From NCBI GenBank assembly GCA_963696295.1, contig CAVOJR010000001.1, positions 2,208,001 to 2,272,000 on the forward strand: 64,000 nt of DNA. The letters are read 5' to 3'. Shown piece after piece: positions 19,928 to 29,370 of the stretch; within the stretch, counting starts at the first letter, position 1; each line of letters begins with the position of its first letter. Origin of the DNA: an uncultured Chlamydiae bacterium. Lineage in GTDB: Bacteria; Chlamydiota; Chlamydiia; Chlamydiales; JAJFMB01. The position numbers and the translations under genes are program-made. A model generated the notes under the pieces. That model ran no database searches, was not told the DNA's origin, and saw nothing but the letters and a program-made list of their open reading frames with translations.

Positions 19928-20905
19928 TTATCGATAGCTTGCCGAGAAATAATTGAGGCGGCCCAAAAGGTAGCCGATCAGAGCGCCCGAGAGGTGGGCG
20001 GTATTGGCGACATTCGCAGAGAGGACTTTATCCAGGGAAACTTCCAGCAGAAAGGAAAAGAGCTGCAGACCAAACATCAGAAGGACAAAAAAGGCGAAAA
20101 AGGCGAAAGTGGCCGGCTGCATAAAATACCCCTCCCAGGGAGCTTTATGCTGTCTCACCCAGACAAAGACCACCATGGCGCATAAAATACCGGAAAATCC
20201 GATAAAATTGGGCCCGCTCATCAAATATTGCGCGGTGTTCGAGAAGATGGCGGCCAGCAGGATGAAAAGAAAGTAGCGGGCCATGCCGAGCCGCTTTTCC
20301 ATCTGTTTTCCGATCACGATCAGCCAGATCATATTGAAAACGAGGTGGAAAATGTCGGCGTGCAGAAGGCAAGGGGTGAAAAGGCGCCACACCTCTCCCT
20401 CGCGGATCTTTTCAAACATCGGTGGAAATTGAGTGAGGGGCGCTTTATGGTTCAAGTACTCAACGACTTGATGGTAGATCCCCTGCCAGTAGGGCATTTT
20501 TGTATTGGGATAATCGTAGAGCAGCGCTTTTTTGAGGTTTGATGGAGCGGATTCCTTGAGAGGCGCGGTGAACTGGCTGATCAGAAAAATAACGCCGCAA
20601 AGGAACAAAAAGAAGAAATTCAGATAGCCCAAGGGTTCTTTTGAAAAAGAGGCTTCGGTTTTTTCTCCTTGAGGCGGGGGCGGAGGCGGGTTAGCTTGAA
20701 ATTGGGGGTTGTCCGGGTTTTGCTGAAATAGCTGATACCATTCCCAGGCCGGCAGCACGTGCTCCTCCTCGTAGATCCAGATGAGGCATTTGACCTCTTT
20801 GCCGTTCGCCGCCACCTCGCAATGGTTGGCGATCCCCTGTTTAAACAAGAAGTTGGAGAAGGTTTTACCCTGTTTTACGTCCTGGATGGTGCCGATGAGT
20901 CTCAT
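19928..20905 (-). CDS. Rhomboid intramembrane serine protease (GlpG-like)
   Basis: WRLFT..LLH....HLVFNM, GFSG, AHLSG. Confidence 0.88.
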   Translation of the reverse strand: MRLIGTIQDVKQGKTFSNFLFKQGIANHCEVAANGKEVKCLIWIYEEEHVLPAWEWYQLFQQNPDNPQFQANPPPPPPQGEKTEASFSKEPLGYLNFFFLFLCGVIFLISQFTAPLKESAPSNLKKALLYDYPNTKMPYWQGIYHQVVEYLNHKAPLTQFPPMFEKIREGEVWRLFTPCLLHADIFHLVFNMIWLIVIGKQMEKRLGMARYFLFILLAAIFSNTAQYLMSGPNFIGFSGILCAMVVFVWVRQHKAPWEGYFMQPATFAFFAFFVLLMFGLQLFSFLLEVSLDKVLSANVANTAHLSGALIGYLLGRLNYFSASYR

Positions 20906-21384
20906 TTAGCCAAAGAGTTAATTTTTTTTATGATTTGGGAGGTCGACAGCCCGGGCACGAGCTGGACGATATGGATTCTGCCGCCGTTGGCCTTCACTGT
21001 AGGGGCTTCGATGCAGTTCTCTCCATATTCGGCGCCATTGACATGGACATCGGGTTTGACGACCGACAAAAGTCTGATCGGGTCGGTCTCTTCAAACCAG
21101 GTCACGTAATGGACAAACTCCAGCGCGGCCATCAGTTCCATGCGGTATTGGAGAGGGATAATGGGGCGGTCCGGGCTTTTGTACTGCTGGATGGAACGGT
21201 CGCTGTTGAGAGCGACGAGCAGAATGTCGGCCGCTTTGGATGCTTCGGAGATGATGTGCAGATGGCCTGCGTGCATCAGATCAAAGGAGCCGTTGAGAGT
21301 GGCAATGCTCTTTTTTTGCGCGCGCAGGCCGGCGATTTTTTCGGGCAAATCATCAGGGGCGATGATTTTATTTTTCCAGGTCAT
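20902..21384 (-). CDS. Cytidylyl/adenylyltransferase, RfaE domain II-like
   Basis: NGSFDLMHAGH, LNSD.SI..YK...RP, PDVHVNG.EY, STSQII. Confidence 0.85.
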   Translation of the reverse strand: MTWKNKIIAPDDLPEKIAGLRAQKKSIATLNGSFDLMHAGHLHIISEASKAADILLVALNSDRSIQQYKSPDRPIIPLQYRMELMAALEFVHYVTWFEETDPIRLLSVVKPDVHVNGAEYGENCIEAPTVKANGGRIHIVQLVPGLSTSQIIKKINSLAK

Positions 21385-23858
21385 AGAGATCCTTTAGGAA
21401 AAGCGATTGGAAAAACCTCGTCGTAGTCTTTGACGAAATGCACAGACAATCCCTGTTTGATGTAATCGGGAAGTTCCAGGTAGTCCCGCTCATTGGCTTT
21501 TGGCATGATGAGAGTTTTTATGCCCGATCGGCGGGCTGCCACCATCTTTTCCTTAATGCCCCCGACCGCCAGCACACGCCCTGTAAGCGTTAACTCGCCG
21601 GTCATGGCTAAATCCTGCATCACAGGGACTCCCAGCAGCAGCGATAAGAGCGCCGTCACCATGGTGATCCCGGCCGATGGGCCGTCTTTCGGGGTGGCTC
21701 CTTCGGGAATGTGGATATGCACCTGGGTTTTTTCAAAGAAGGTCGAACTAGGAGCATACTTCAGGTGGGCGCCGTGGCAGTAACTCCAGGCTATTTCGGA
21801 AGACTCTTTCATGACATCCCCTGCCTGGCCGGTCAGTTTCATCCCTGTTTTTTCGGCGGGGACTTTAATGGTCTCGATGTAGAGCGAAGCGCCCCCCATC
21901 GCCGTCCAGGCCAGTCCGGTGCAGACGCCGACTGGAGTCTCTTCATAGAAGCGGTCGGTGGTGAATACCGGCTTGCCTAAATATTTTGAGAGATTGGAGA
22001 CGGTGACATGGTGGGTCGCATCGATCGCTTTTTTCTCGTTCCGCTTCGGCTTCTTCTCCATCTCTTTCGCAATTTCCATGGCGATTTTGCGCAAAATCTT
22101 TTTGATTTCGTTTTCGAGCGTGCGAACGCCGGCTTCCCTGGCGTATCCATTGATGATGGCGCGGATGGCCGGGACGCTGAACTCCACTTGCTTGGCTTTG
22201 AGCCCCATCAATTTGCGGCAGCGCGGAATGAGGTATTTTTTGGCAATCTCCACCTTTTCCTGCATAATGTAGCCGGAGAGGCGCAGGATTTCCATGCGGT
22301 CTTGCAAGGGTTCAGGGATAGTGTCCAGGACGTTCGCGGTGACGATGAACACCACATCGGACAGATCGCAATGCACATCGAGATAGTGATCCAGAAATTC
22401 TTTATTTTGTTCCGGATCCAGCACTTCCAGCAAAGCTGCGGCCGGATCGCCCTGGTAGCTCGAGCCCATCTTGTCCACTTCATCCAGCATAATGACCGGA
22501 TTCATCGTTTGGCAAAATTTGAGCGCCTGGATCAGTTTGCCGGGCATAGCGCCGATATAGGTGCGCCTGTGCCCCTTGATTTCCGCTTCATCGCGCATGC
22601 CGCCCACGGAAAAACGGTAAAATTTGCGGTTTAAGGCGCGCGCAATGCTGCGGCCGGTGCTGGTTTTGCCGACGCCCGGCGGCCCGACTAAGCAGATGAT
22701 GCTGCCTTTGATCCCCCCGGTCAGTTTGCCGACGCTGATAAACTCTAAAATGCGCCGTTTGATATCCTCTAGCCCATAGTGGTCGTCATTCAGTATTTTT
22801 TCCGCTTTTTTCAAATTGAGGATCTCTTTGCTCTTAATTCCCCAAGGGAGGACAGTAAGCCAGTCAAGATAGCCGCGCGAAACGGCGTATTCGGCTGATT
22901 GGATGTCGAGCGAGCTCAGTTTTTCCATCTCGTCGTTGATCACTTCCATGATCGGAGCCGCGATTTCCCGGTCTTTGAGGCGCGCCTCGAATTTCTCCCG
23001 GTCGATCATCTTATCGTCTTTTTCTATGCCGAGCTCTTTTTTGATCGTTTTGAGCTGTTCGCGCAAAAAGAAGTCTTTCTGGTTTTTCGAAATGGTCGCT
23101 TCGATCTTCTGATTGATATTGGACTGGAGAATGGTCAAATCGAGTTCTTTTTTGAGAAGAGCGAGCGCCTTATCGATGCGCCCTTCGGTATCGAAGGTGC
23201 TGAGGACGTCCTGCTGCTCTTCGCGCGTAGCCGTTGTCAGGGCGACGGCGAAATCGGCCAATTTTCCCGGTTCGGTAAAGTCGGAGTGGCTTAAAAAAAT
23301 CTGCAGCTCTTCTTTGAACAAAGGATTTAATTTTAAAAGCTCTTTAATGGTGGAGATGATGCTGATGGAATAGGCTTTGAGCTCTTTGGAAAGGGTCGTT
23401 TTCTCCTCGACATACTTCACCTTGGCCATTAAAAGTTTTTTTGATGGGAGAGGTTTTGAGACTTTAAAGCGCCTTTCCATATTGAGGATGACTTGAGCGC
23501 CCCCCTGCTCCATGGGAATGATTCGCAAAATGCGCGCTAAAACCCCGACATTATAAAGCTCTTTAAAGCTCGCTTTATAGATATCGCACTCTTCCGATTT
23601 GGTTAAAAGGAGGCCGACGCATTTATGATCCGATTTGGCCAGCTGCTTCAGCACTTCGTAGAAAGGGCCGGGTTCAATGACAATAGGGGCCGCCATGCCG
23701 GGGAAAAAGGGGCGCCGGATAATGGGGAAAATGCAGAGCTCGTCGGGAGTTTGCATGGGCTCCTGTTTTTTATCTTCGCCAATGGAATCAAAGACGGCAT
23801 GCTCTAAAATAGAGTCAATAGAATTATTTTCTTCGTTATTCAAAATTTCCTCATTCAT
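21381..23858 (-). CDS. lon: Lon protease
   Basis: GPPGVGKTS, GHRRTYIGAMPG, LLEVLDPEQN, PKDGPSAG. Confidence 0.98.
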   Translation of the reverse strand: MNEEILNNEENNSIDSILEHAVFDSIGEDKKQEPMQTPDELCIFPIIRRPFFPGMAAPIVIEPGPFYEVLKQLAKSDHKCVGLLLTKSEECDIYKASFKELYNVGVLARILRIIPMEQGGAQVILNMERRFKVSKPLPSKKLLMAKVKYVEEKTTLSKELKAYSISIISTIKELLKLNPLFKEELQIFLSHSDFTEPGKLADFAVALTTATREEQQDVLSTFDTEGRIDKALALLKKELDLTILQSNINQKIEATISKNQKDFFLREQLKTIKKELGIEKDDKMIDREKFEARLKDREIAAPIMEVINDEMEKLSSLDIQSAEYAVSRGYLDWLTVLPWGIKSKEILNLKKAEKILNDDHYGLEDIKRRILEFISVGKLTGGIKGSIICLVGPPGVGKTSTGRSIARALNRKFYRFSVGGMRDEAEIKGHRRTYIGAMPGKLIQALKFCQTMNPVIMLDEVDKMGSSYQGDPAAALLEVLDPEQNKEFLDHYLDVHCDLSDVVFIVTANVLDTIPEPLQDRMEILRLSGYIMQEKVEIAKKYLIPRCRKLMGLKAKQVEFSVPAIRAIINGYAREAGVRTLENEIKKILRKIAMEIAKEMEKKPKRNEKKAIDATHHVTVSNLSKYLGKPVFTTDRFYEETPVGVCTGLAWTAMGGASLYIETIKVPAEKTGMKLTGQAGDVMKESSEIAWSYCHGAHLKYAPSSTFFEKTQVHIHIPEGATPKDGPSAGITMVTALLSLLLGVPVMQDLAMTGELTLTGRVLAVGGIKEKMVAARRSGIKTLIMPKANERDYLELPDYIKQGLSVHFVKDYDEVFPIAFPKGSL

Positions 23859-23916
23859 GTAAAAATATGGGCTAATTTTACGCCATGATGACTAAAATAT
23901 CAACACACATAATGCT

Positions 23917-24049
23917 GGCTAATGGTTTAATTTCGTGCAGTGGCATTTCGGGCTGCGACGGGCGAAATCCCGAATTTTTCTCTTCGCAATCTTCAGGATT
24001 TCTTGGTCTCTCTCCAAAATACCAAGTGCAAGAAATTAAACCATTGGCC
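23917..24049. mobile_element. MITE (133 bp) with 23-bp imperfect TIRs and 8-bp target-site duplication
   Basis: Left TIR GGCTAATGGTTTAATTTCGTGCA (23917-23939); right TIR TGCAAGAAATTAAACCATTGGCC (24027-24049), 21/23 match; ATAATGCT at 23909-23916 and 24050-24057. Confidence 0.85.
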
Positions 24050-24097
24050 ATAATGCTTATTCTGCTATCCTTTTTCTTTATAAGGATTATCATATTT

Positions 24098-25246
24098 ATG
24101 CCCCTAAACCAAAACATTTCTTCAAATATCAGGCAATATCGCGATATCGCCGAGGCTAAAGAAAGGGAAGTTTATTTTGAAAAAGCCGCCTTTTCCAAAG
24201 ATCATCTCCGCTATTTCGGCGCGGAAGACGACCACCGCCTTCCCTATAAACGGGATGTAGACCGCATCATCCACTCGAAGGCCTACGCCCGTTACGCCGA
24301 TAAAACGCAAGTGGTGTATCTGGTGGACAATGACCATATCACCCACCGCTCCCTGCATGTGCAGCTGGTCAGCGGTTTCTCGCGGGGCATTGCCGAAATT
24401 TTACGCCTGAATCTCGATTTGGTGGAGGCGATTGCCCTAGGGCATGATGTGGGACATCCCCCTTTTGGCCATGAGGGGGAGGGGTATCTCTCGGAGCTCA
24501 GCCTGGAATACGGGAACGGCGCTTTTGCCCATCCTTTGCAATCGTGCCGCCTGTTCTCTGAAATAGAACCGCTTAACTTAGGACTCGCCGTGTATGATGG
24601 ATTTCTCTGTCATGACGGAGGAATGCGGGAGGGGACTATTGTGCCGGCTTTCGGCAAAACCTGGGAGGATCATTTCAGGGAACGAGAAGAAAAGCGGCAA
24701 GACCCCCACCGGAATTTTACCCCGATGACCCTGGAGGGGTGCTTAGTCAAACTGTGCGACACTATGAGCTATGTGGGCAGAGATATCGAAGACGCTATCA
24801 GTCTGGGAATACTTTCCCGTGAGCAGATACCAAAAACGCTTCTGGGGAATACCAATCGGGAAATCTTGAGCGTCCTCGCCCAGAATATGATTGAAAAGAG
24901 TTACGGAAAGGAGTATATTTCTTTATCAGACGAAGTATACGCCGCCTTAAAAACCTTGCGCAATTTTAACTTTAAATATATTTACACCCATCCAAAGCTG
25001 AAAGTGGAATCGCAAAAGATCCAGCGTAGTTATCGCATTTTATTAGATATGCTGTTAAAAGAGGCCGAACAGAACGGGGAAGGGAGCTATTTATGGCAAC
25101 ATTTTGTCTATAATAAGCCTCACCGCTATATCGAATCCTCATCGCTCTTGCAGAAAGCCATCGATTTCATAGCCGGAATGACCGATGGGTATTTTGTTAA
25201 AACCTTAAACAAACTGGTTATTCCGCTTAAAATCGAGCTTACATGA
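24098..25246 (+). CDS. HD-domain dNTP triphosphohydrolase (Dgt-like)
   Basis: RDVDRIIHS..Y.RYADKTQV, LGHDVGHPPFGHEGE, DIEDA, DFIAGMTD. The ORF-track N-terminus (23885) runs through the MITE and is rejected. Confidence 0.85.
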   Translation: MPLNQNISSNIRQYRDIAEAKEREVYFEKAAFSKDHLRYFGAEDDHRLPYKRDVDRIIHSKAYARYADKTQVVYLVDNDHITHRSLHVQLVSGFSRGIAEILRLNLDLVEAIALGHDVGHPPFGHEGEGYLSELSLEYGNGAFAHPLQSCRLFSEIEPLNLGLAVYDGFLCHDGGMREGTIVPAFGKTWEDHFREREEKRQDPHRNFTPMTLEGCLVKLCDTMSYVGRDIEDAISLGILSREQIPKTLLGNTNREILSVLAQNMIEKSYGKEYISLSDEVYAALKTLRNFNFKYIYTHPKLKVESQKIQRSYRILLDMLLKEAEQNGEGSYLWQHFVYNKPHRYIESSSLLQKAIDFIAGMTDGYFVKTLNKLVIPLKIELT

Positions 25247-25896
25247 TTGCTGTCATCATCGAGACATCTACCGAGCGGTCTATCGCTGCGCTTTTTAAAA
25301 ACGAGGCTCTGCTGGGCCAAGTTGAGCTCCCTTGCGGCCTTAGCAGTTCCAGGCATCTCCTTTCAGCGGTGCAAAGCCTGCTCATCGAAAATCAACTCAG
25401 TGCAAGTGATTTGCAGTTAGTCATTTCGGGGGTAGGGCCCGGTTCCTACACCGGCATCCGGGTCGGGGCGGCGATAGCTAAGACTTTAAGTTTTGCCTGC
25501 CGCGTGCCGCTTGTGGGCGTTTGTTCGCTGGAGGGATTTCAGCCGGAAAAGGACGCTAGTTTTGCCGCCGTGTTAGATGCCAAAATCAGCGGTGTCTACG
25601 CGCGTTTCGGGGTAAAGCGAGAGGGGAGAGTGATTTGGGAAGGAGAAGCGGAGGCGCTCCCTTTGGAAGAGGCGGCTCGGCGCTTAAGCCGCGTGGATTT
25701 TGCCATATCGCCTTGCAAGTTAACACAAAAATTACCCGATGTCTCTTGGGATGAACGCTATCCCGATCCTTTTGCCATTTATCGGGCAGGTCTGAAAAAA
25801 TATAAGGCAGGAGAATTTACGCTAGATGGCTCTCTTAAGCTCTGCTATCTGCGCAAAACCCAAGCCGAAATGGAGCTTATCTCCTTTTCCAGCTAG
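25243..25896 (+). CDS. tsaB: tRNA threonylcarbamoyladenosine biosynthesis protein TsaB
   Basis: IETSTE, GPGSYTGIRVG. Confidence 0.9.
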   Translation: MIAVIIETSTERSIAALFKNEALLGQVELPCGLSSSRHLLSAVQSLLIENQLSASDLQLVISGVGPGSYTGIRVGAAIAKTLSFACRVPLVGVCSLEGFQPEKDASFAAVLDAKISGVYARFGVKREGRVIWEGEAEALPLEEAARRLSRVDFAISPCKLTQKLPDVSWDERYPDPFAIYRAGLKKYKAGEFTLDGSLKLCYLRKTQAEMELISFSS

Positions 25897-26113
25897 TGTC
25901 ATTCTGATGGGCGTTTACCTTGGTTGGGTTGCGATGAGGATTTGGAAGCTGATTGTGAAATTCGCCTCTTTCGTTCTTATTCCTATTGTAGATTTCCATT
26001 CCGTTGCCGCCTTGGTCTAAAAAATTAAAACCACCTGAGTATGATGCAAAGACATTCCCACTTATTAGGAAAGCGCAAATCAAAAGAGAGAAAATATAAC
26101 CTCTATATGACAT
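25877..26113 (-). CDS. Small secreted protein (78 aa)
   Basis: Signal peptide ending NVFA; GAGG SD; paralogous to 26125-26364. Confidence 0.65.
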   Translation of the reverse strand: MSYRGYIFSLLICAFLISGNVFASYSGGFNFLDQGGNGMEIYNRNKNERGEFHNQLPNPHRNPTKVNAHQNDTSWKRR

Positions 26114-26124
26114 AAATACCTCGC

Positions 26125-26364
26125 TTAATAATTTCTCCAGGATTGGCTTCTATTATTGGACTCATTGTAATAATTCGTGTTGGTTGGAACGTAGCCTTTG
26201 TGATGGACATTGTAAGATTTTTTGTTTTTGTACTGCATATAGATATCCAATCCCCCTCCGCTTTGGTCGCCGGTATTACCTTGGGCAAAAAGAGCAGAAC
26301 CCCCTCCTGTAAGGAATGCAAATATTAAAAAAACTGATAAAATTAAGCGGCTAAACTTCATCAT
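26125..26364 (-). CDS. Small secreted protein (79 aa)
   Basis: Signal peptide ending ALFA; AGGGGG SD; shared DQxGxGxxIY...SW motif. Confidence 0.65.
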   Translation of the reverse strand: MMKFSRLILSVFLIFAFLTGGGSALFAQGNTGDQSGGGLDIYMQYKNKKSYNVHHKGYVPTNTNYYNESNNRSQSWRNY

Positions 26365-26374
26365 AAAGCCCCCT

Positions 26375-26540
26375 TTATTTTCTTTTCCTGACGTGTTTTT
26401 TTGCGGTAGAGCTGCTTTTTTCCTTATGCGATACTTTTACGGTCTTCTTTTCAGTGACTGTGCCGCAGAGCGGCGGAGACGCTTCCCGCGGTAAACATAA
26501 AAGCTATTAATATTGCCAAAATATAACGTGTATATAACAT
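26375..26540 (-). CDS. Small secreted Lys-rich protein with an apparent frameshift near 26465
   Basis: MLYTRYILAILIAFMFTAGSVSAA then stop at 26451; shifted frame reads GTVTEKKTVKVSHKEKSSSTAKKHVRKRK* and ends at the next SD. Confidence 0.45.
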
Positions 26541-26642
26541 TTCTACCCTCTTCTACTTTTATTATAATGTAAAATTACTTATTTTACAATTCAGATCGGA
26601 AAAATTAAGGAAGTGTAAATTTTGCCCATGATCAATATGGAG

Positions 26643-26671
26643 TTGAAAAATATTGGGGGCTTTCCTATAAT
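26643..26671 (+). promoter_or_regulatory. sigma66/70-type promoter for rpsU
   Basis: TTGAAA-N17-TATAAT. Confidence 0.6.
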
Positions 26672-26754
26672 CTCGCTTTCTACTTATTTCATGGTTAAAA
26701 ATAAGTCGATTGCTCTATAGAGTAGAATAAATTTTAATTTTGATGGAGAATGCT

Positions 26755-26931
26755 GTGATAGTAAAAGTTCGTATCGGTGAATCGATCGATAAAGCTCTTC
26801 GTACTCTAAAAAAGAAGTTAGACAAAGAAGGGGTAATGAAATCCGTAAAAGCGCATCGCTTTTATCTGAAACCTTCTGTGAGAAAACGTGCGAAGTCTAA
26901 AGCTGCTATGAAGTATCAGAAGCAACGCTAG
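26755..26931 (+). CDS. rpsU: 30S ribosomal protein S21
   Basis: [19 protein letters not shown]...[14 protein letters not shown] before GTG. Confidence 0.93.
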   Translation: MIVKVRIGESIDKALRTLKKKLDKEGVMKSVKAHRFYLKPSVRKRAKSKAAMKYQKQR

Positions 26932-26950
26932 ATTTCCCATTTGAGAGATT

Positions 26951-26979
26951 TTGCTTTTAAAGTCTTCTTGTGGTATAAT
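26951..26979 (+). promoter_or_regulatory. sigma66/70-type promoter for dnaJ
   Basis: TTGCTT-N17-TATAAT with TG extension. Confidence 0.6.
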
Positions 26980-27012
26980 CTTTGGAAAATACACTAAACT
27001 CATTAGATAACA

Positions 27013-28177
27013 ATGAAAGAATCTATGGTTGATTATTACCAAGCTCTTGAAATCTCTCGTGACGCTACGGTGGACGAGATAAAAAAAGCTTACCGCAAGC
27101 AGGCTGTAAAGTACCATCCTGATAAGAATCCCGGGAATGCCGAAGCCGAACGGAAATTTAAAGAGATCTCTGAAGCGTATGAAGTCTTAAGCGACGAAAA
27201 CAAGCGCCGCATTTACGATCAGTACGGCAAGCAAGGCCTTGACGGGGCTCATATGGGCCACGGAGGCGGCGGTTTCACTTCTATGGATGAAGCTTTGCGT
27301 ACCTTTATGGGCGCTTTTGGCGGCGGCATGGGAGGCGACTCAATATTCGACACCTTCTTTGGCGGCGGGGGAGCTCGCGGCGGAGGGGGCTCGGCGGCGC
27401 GGCAAGGGGCCAGCAAGCGCGTTTCGTTGACCATCAGCTTTGAAGAAGCTGCCAAGGGGGTCGACAAAGAATTAGCTGTCACCAACTATGTGGCTTGCGA
27501 AGAGTGCCACGGGAGCGGCGCCGAATCAGCGAACGGTGTTAAGACGTGCGATCAGTGCGGCGGCCAGGGTCAAGTATTTGAGCAGCGCGGTTTCTTCAGC
27601 ATGTCCATGACTTGTCCGAAATGTCACGGAGAAGGCCGCATCATCACCAACCCCTGCAAAGCCTGCAAAGGGGAAGGTTTAGTCAAGAAAAAGCAGCATG
27701 TCAAAGTGCATATCCCAGCCGGCGTTGACACCGGTATGCGCTTAAAGATGAGCGGCTACGGCGATGCCGGCCAAGGGGGCGGACCTCCAGGCGATCTCTT
27801 TGTCTTCATTACAGTTCAGCCGCATGAGATTTTCGAGCGGGAAGGCAATGATATTCTTTTGAATTTGCCAATCAGTTTTTCCGAAGCCGCTTTGGGCTGC
27901 AAGAAAGAGGTTCCGGCTATTTTATCGGAAGCCTGTCGCGTCACCATTCCCCGAAGGGACGCAAAGCGGTAAGATATTCCGCATCAAGGGCAGCGGTTTT
28001 CCGAATGTGCATGGGCGCGGCAAGGGCGATTTGCTGATTAAAGTTTTTGTCGAGACTCCGACCAATCTATCGGAAGAGCAGCAGCGTTTGCTGAAGGAAT
28101 TCGCCAAGCTGGAGAGCCCCCGCAACACACCCAAGCGGGAAGGTTTTCTCGACAAGCTGAAGGGTTTCTTTTCATAA
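27013..28177 (+). CDS. dnaJ: Chaperone DnaJ (one extra C in CCCC at 27949-27952, probable sequencing error)
   Basis: HPDKN J-domain, G/F-rich region, four CxxCxGxG repeats; shifted frame continues [17 protein letters not shown]...KLKGFFS*. Confidence 0.95.
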
Positions 28178-28244
28178 ATTGTCCAGATCTTAACTTTTAC
28201 ATTATAATATTAATTAGATATAATAGAGTTAAGGAAGGTGTTTT

Positions 28245-28604
28245 ATGAATCCAATAGATCCTTCAATGAACCCTATTTATAATGACCCCGGGCAAAAGCC
28301 CGAACCTGTCAAGCAAGCCAATCTCAATCCTCTTGATCCCTCAGTTCAGGACATTCATCACCATGGGGGCGGAGGACATCTCAAAAGCGGGGAAATACAG
28401 GCAATCCAGTCAACTCAGCATAAAAAATCGTGGAAAAGCCATTTCAATCATTTGCGAAATCCCATTGATGCTTCTCAGAAAGTTTTTGTAAAAAAAGAGA
28501 AGAAACAGGTCAGCAAAAGCGATAAAAAAGACTCAGCCAAAACGAGAGGGGAAAAAGAAGACCAGCAAAAACAACAGGGCGAAGACCAGCCGGATCAAAA
28601 ATAG
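28245..28604 (+). CDS. Hypothetical hydrophilic protein
   Basis: 119-aa ORF with AAGGAAGG SD and AT-rich promoter; low-complexity N-terminus. Confidence 0.6.
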   Translation: MNPIDPSMNPIYNDPGQKPEPVKQANLNPLDPSVQDIHHHGGGGHLKSGEIQAIQSTQHKKSWKSHFNHLRNPIDASQKVFVKKEKKQVSKSDKKDSAKTRGEKEDQQKQQGEDQPDQK

Positions 28605-29368
28605 ACGGCGCGGCTGATCGTTTCCTGATAGGCAATGGAAAGATCCAGCTTAATCCCTTTTTCCACTAAATGTTTCTGTACCTTGCTCATCGCAACTTCC
28701 GGGGAATTGCATTCGGAAGACAAATGCGCCAGATGGGTGTGCTTCAATTTGTCATGCGCCACATTAGCCAGGAGCTGACCGCAGGCATCGTTCGAGAGAT
28801 GGCCGCTGCGGCTTAAGACGCGTTGCTTGTAGACCATCGGCCGCGAACAGGCATGCACCATTGAAGGTTCATGGTTAGCTTCAATATAGAGATAATCGCA
28901 ATCGGAAAGATGGGTTTGCACGAGGCTGGTCACGAAGCCGAGATCGGCGCAAAAGCCAAGCTTTAATTCATCGACGCGGATGGTAAAGGCCACCGGATCC
29001 ACCGTGTCGTGCTGAATCGAAAAGGGGTGGATGGTCAGATCCCGATAGCTGAACGATTCGCCGGTGGAAAAAATTTTGAACCGGGGGGTGGCGTGAAAAT
29101 ATTCCACGATCCCTTTGGCGGTTTCCGAGTTGGCAAATACTGGGATATTGTACTGATAGGCCAGAAGTTTCAAGCCCTGAATATGGTCGGTGTGATCATG
29201 GGTGATCAGGATGGCGTCGATCTCCGAGAGGTCGACATTGATTTCAGCCAATTTGGCTTTGAGCGCTTTCGTACTGATGCCGGCGTCGATCAGTATCTTG
29301 CACTGAGGGGTTCCCAAGTAGATGCAGTTTCCTTTCGAGCCAGAGGCCAGGGGGCAATATCCGATCAT
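28595..29368 (-). CDS. MBL-fold metallo-hydrolase (YycJ/WalJ-like)
   Basis: LASGSKGN, THDHTDH, EANH, GHLSN, HLSSECN. Confidence 0.88.
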   Translation of the reverse strand: MIGYCPLASGSKGNCIYLGTPQCKILIDAGISTKALKAKLAEINVDLSEIDAILITHDHTDHIQGLKLLAYQYNIPVFANSETAKGIVEYFHATPRFKIFSTGESFSYRDLTIHPFSIQHDTVDPVAFTIRVDELKLGFCADLGFVTSLVQTHLSDCDYLYIEANHEPSMVHACSRPMVYKQRVLSRSGHLSNDACGQLLANVAHDKLKHTHLAHLSSECNSPEVAMSKVQKHLVEKGIKLDLSIAYQETISRAVYF

Positions 29369-29370
29369 TT

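Noticed and set aside
23885..24097. 71-aa N-terminal extension of the HD protein and antisense ORF 23878-24117
   Set aside because: Both read through the MITE inverted repeats, which explains their mirrored MANGLISC peptides.
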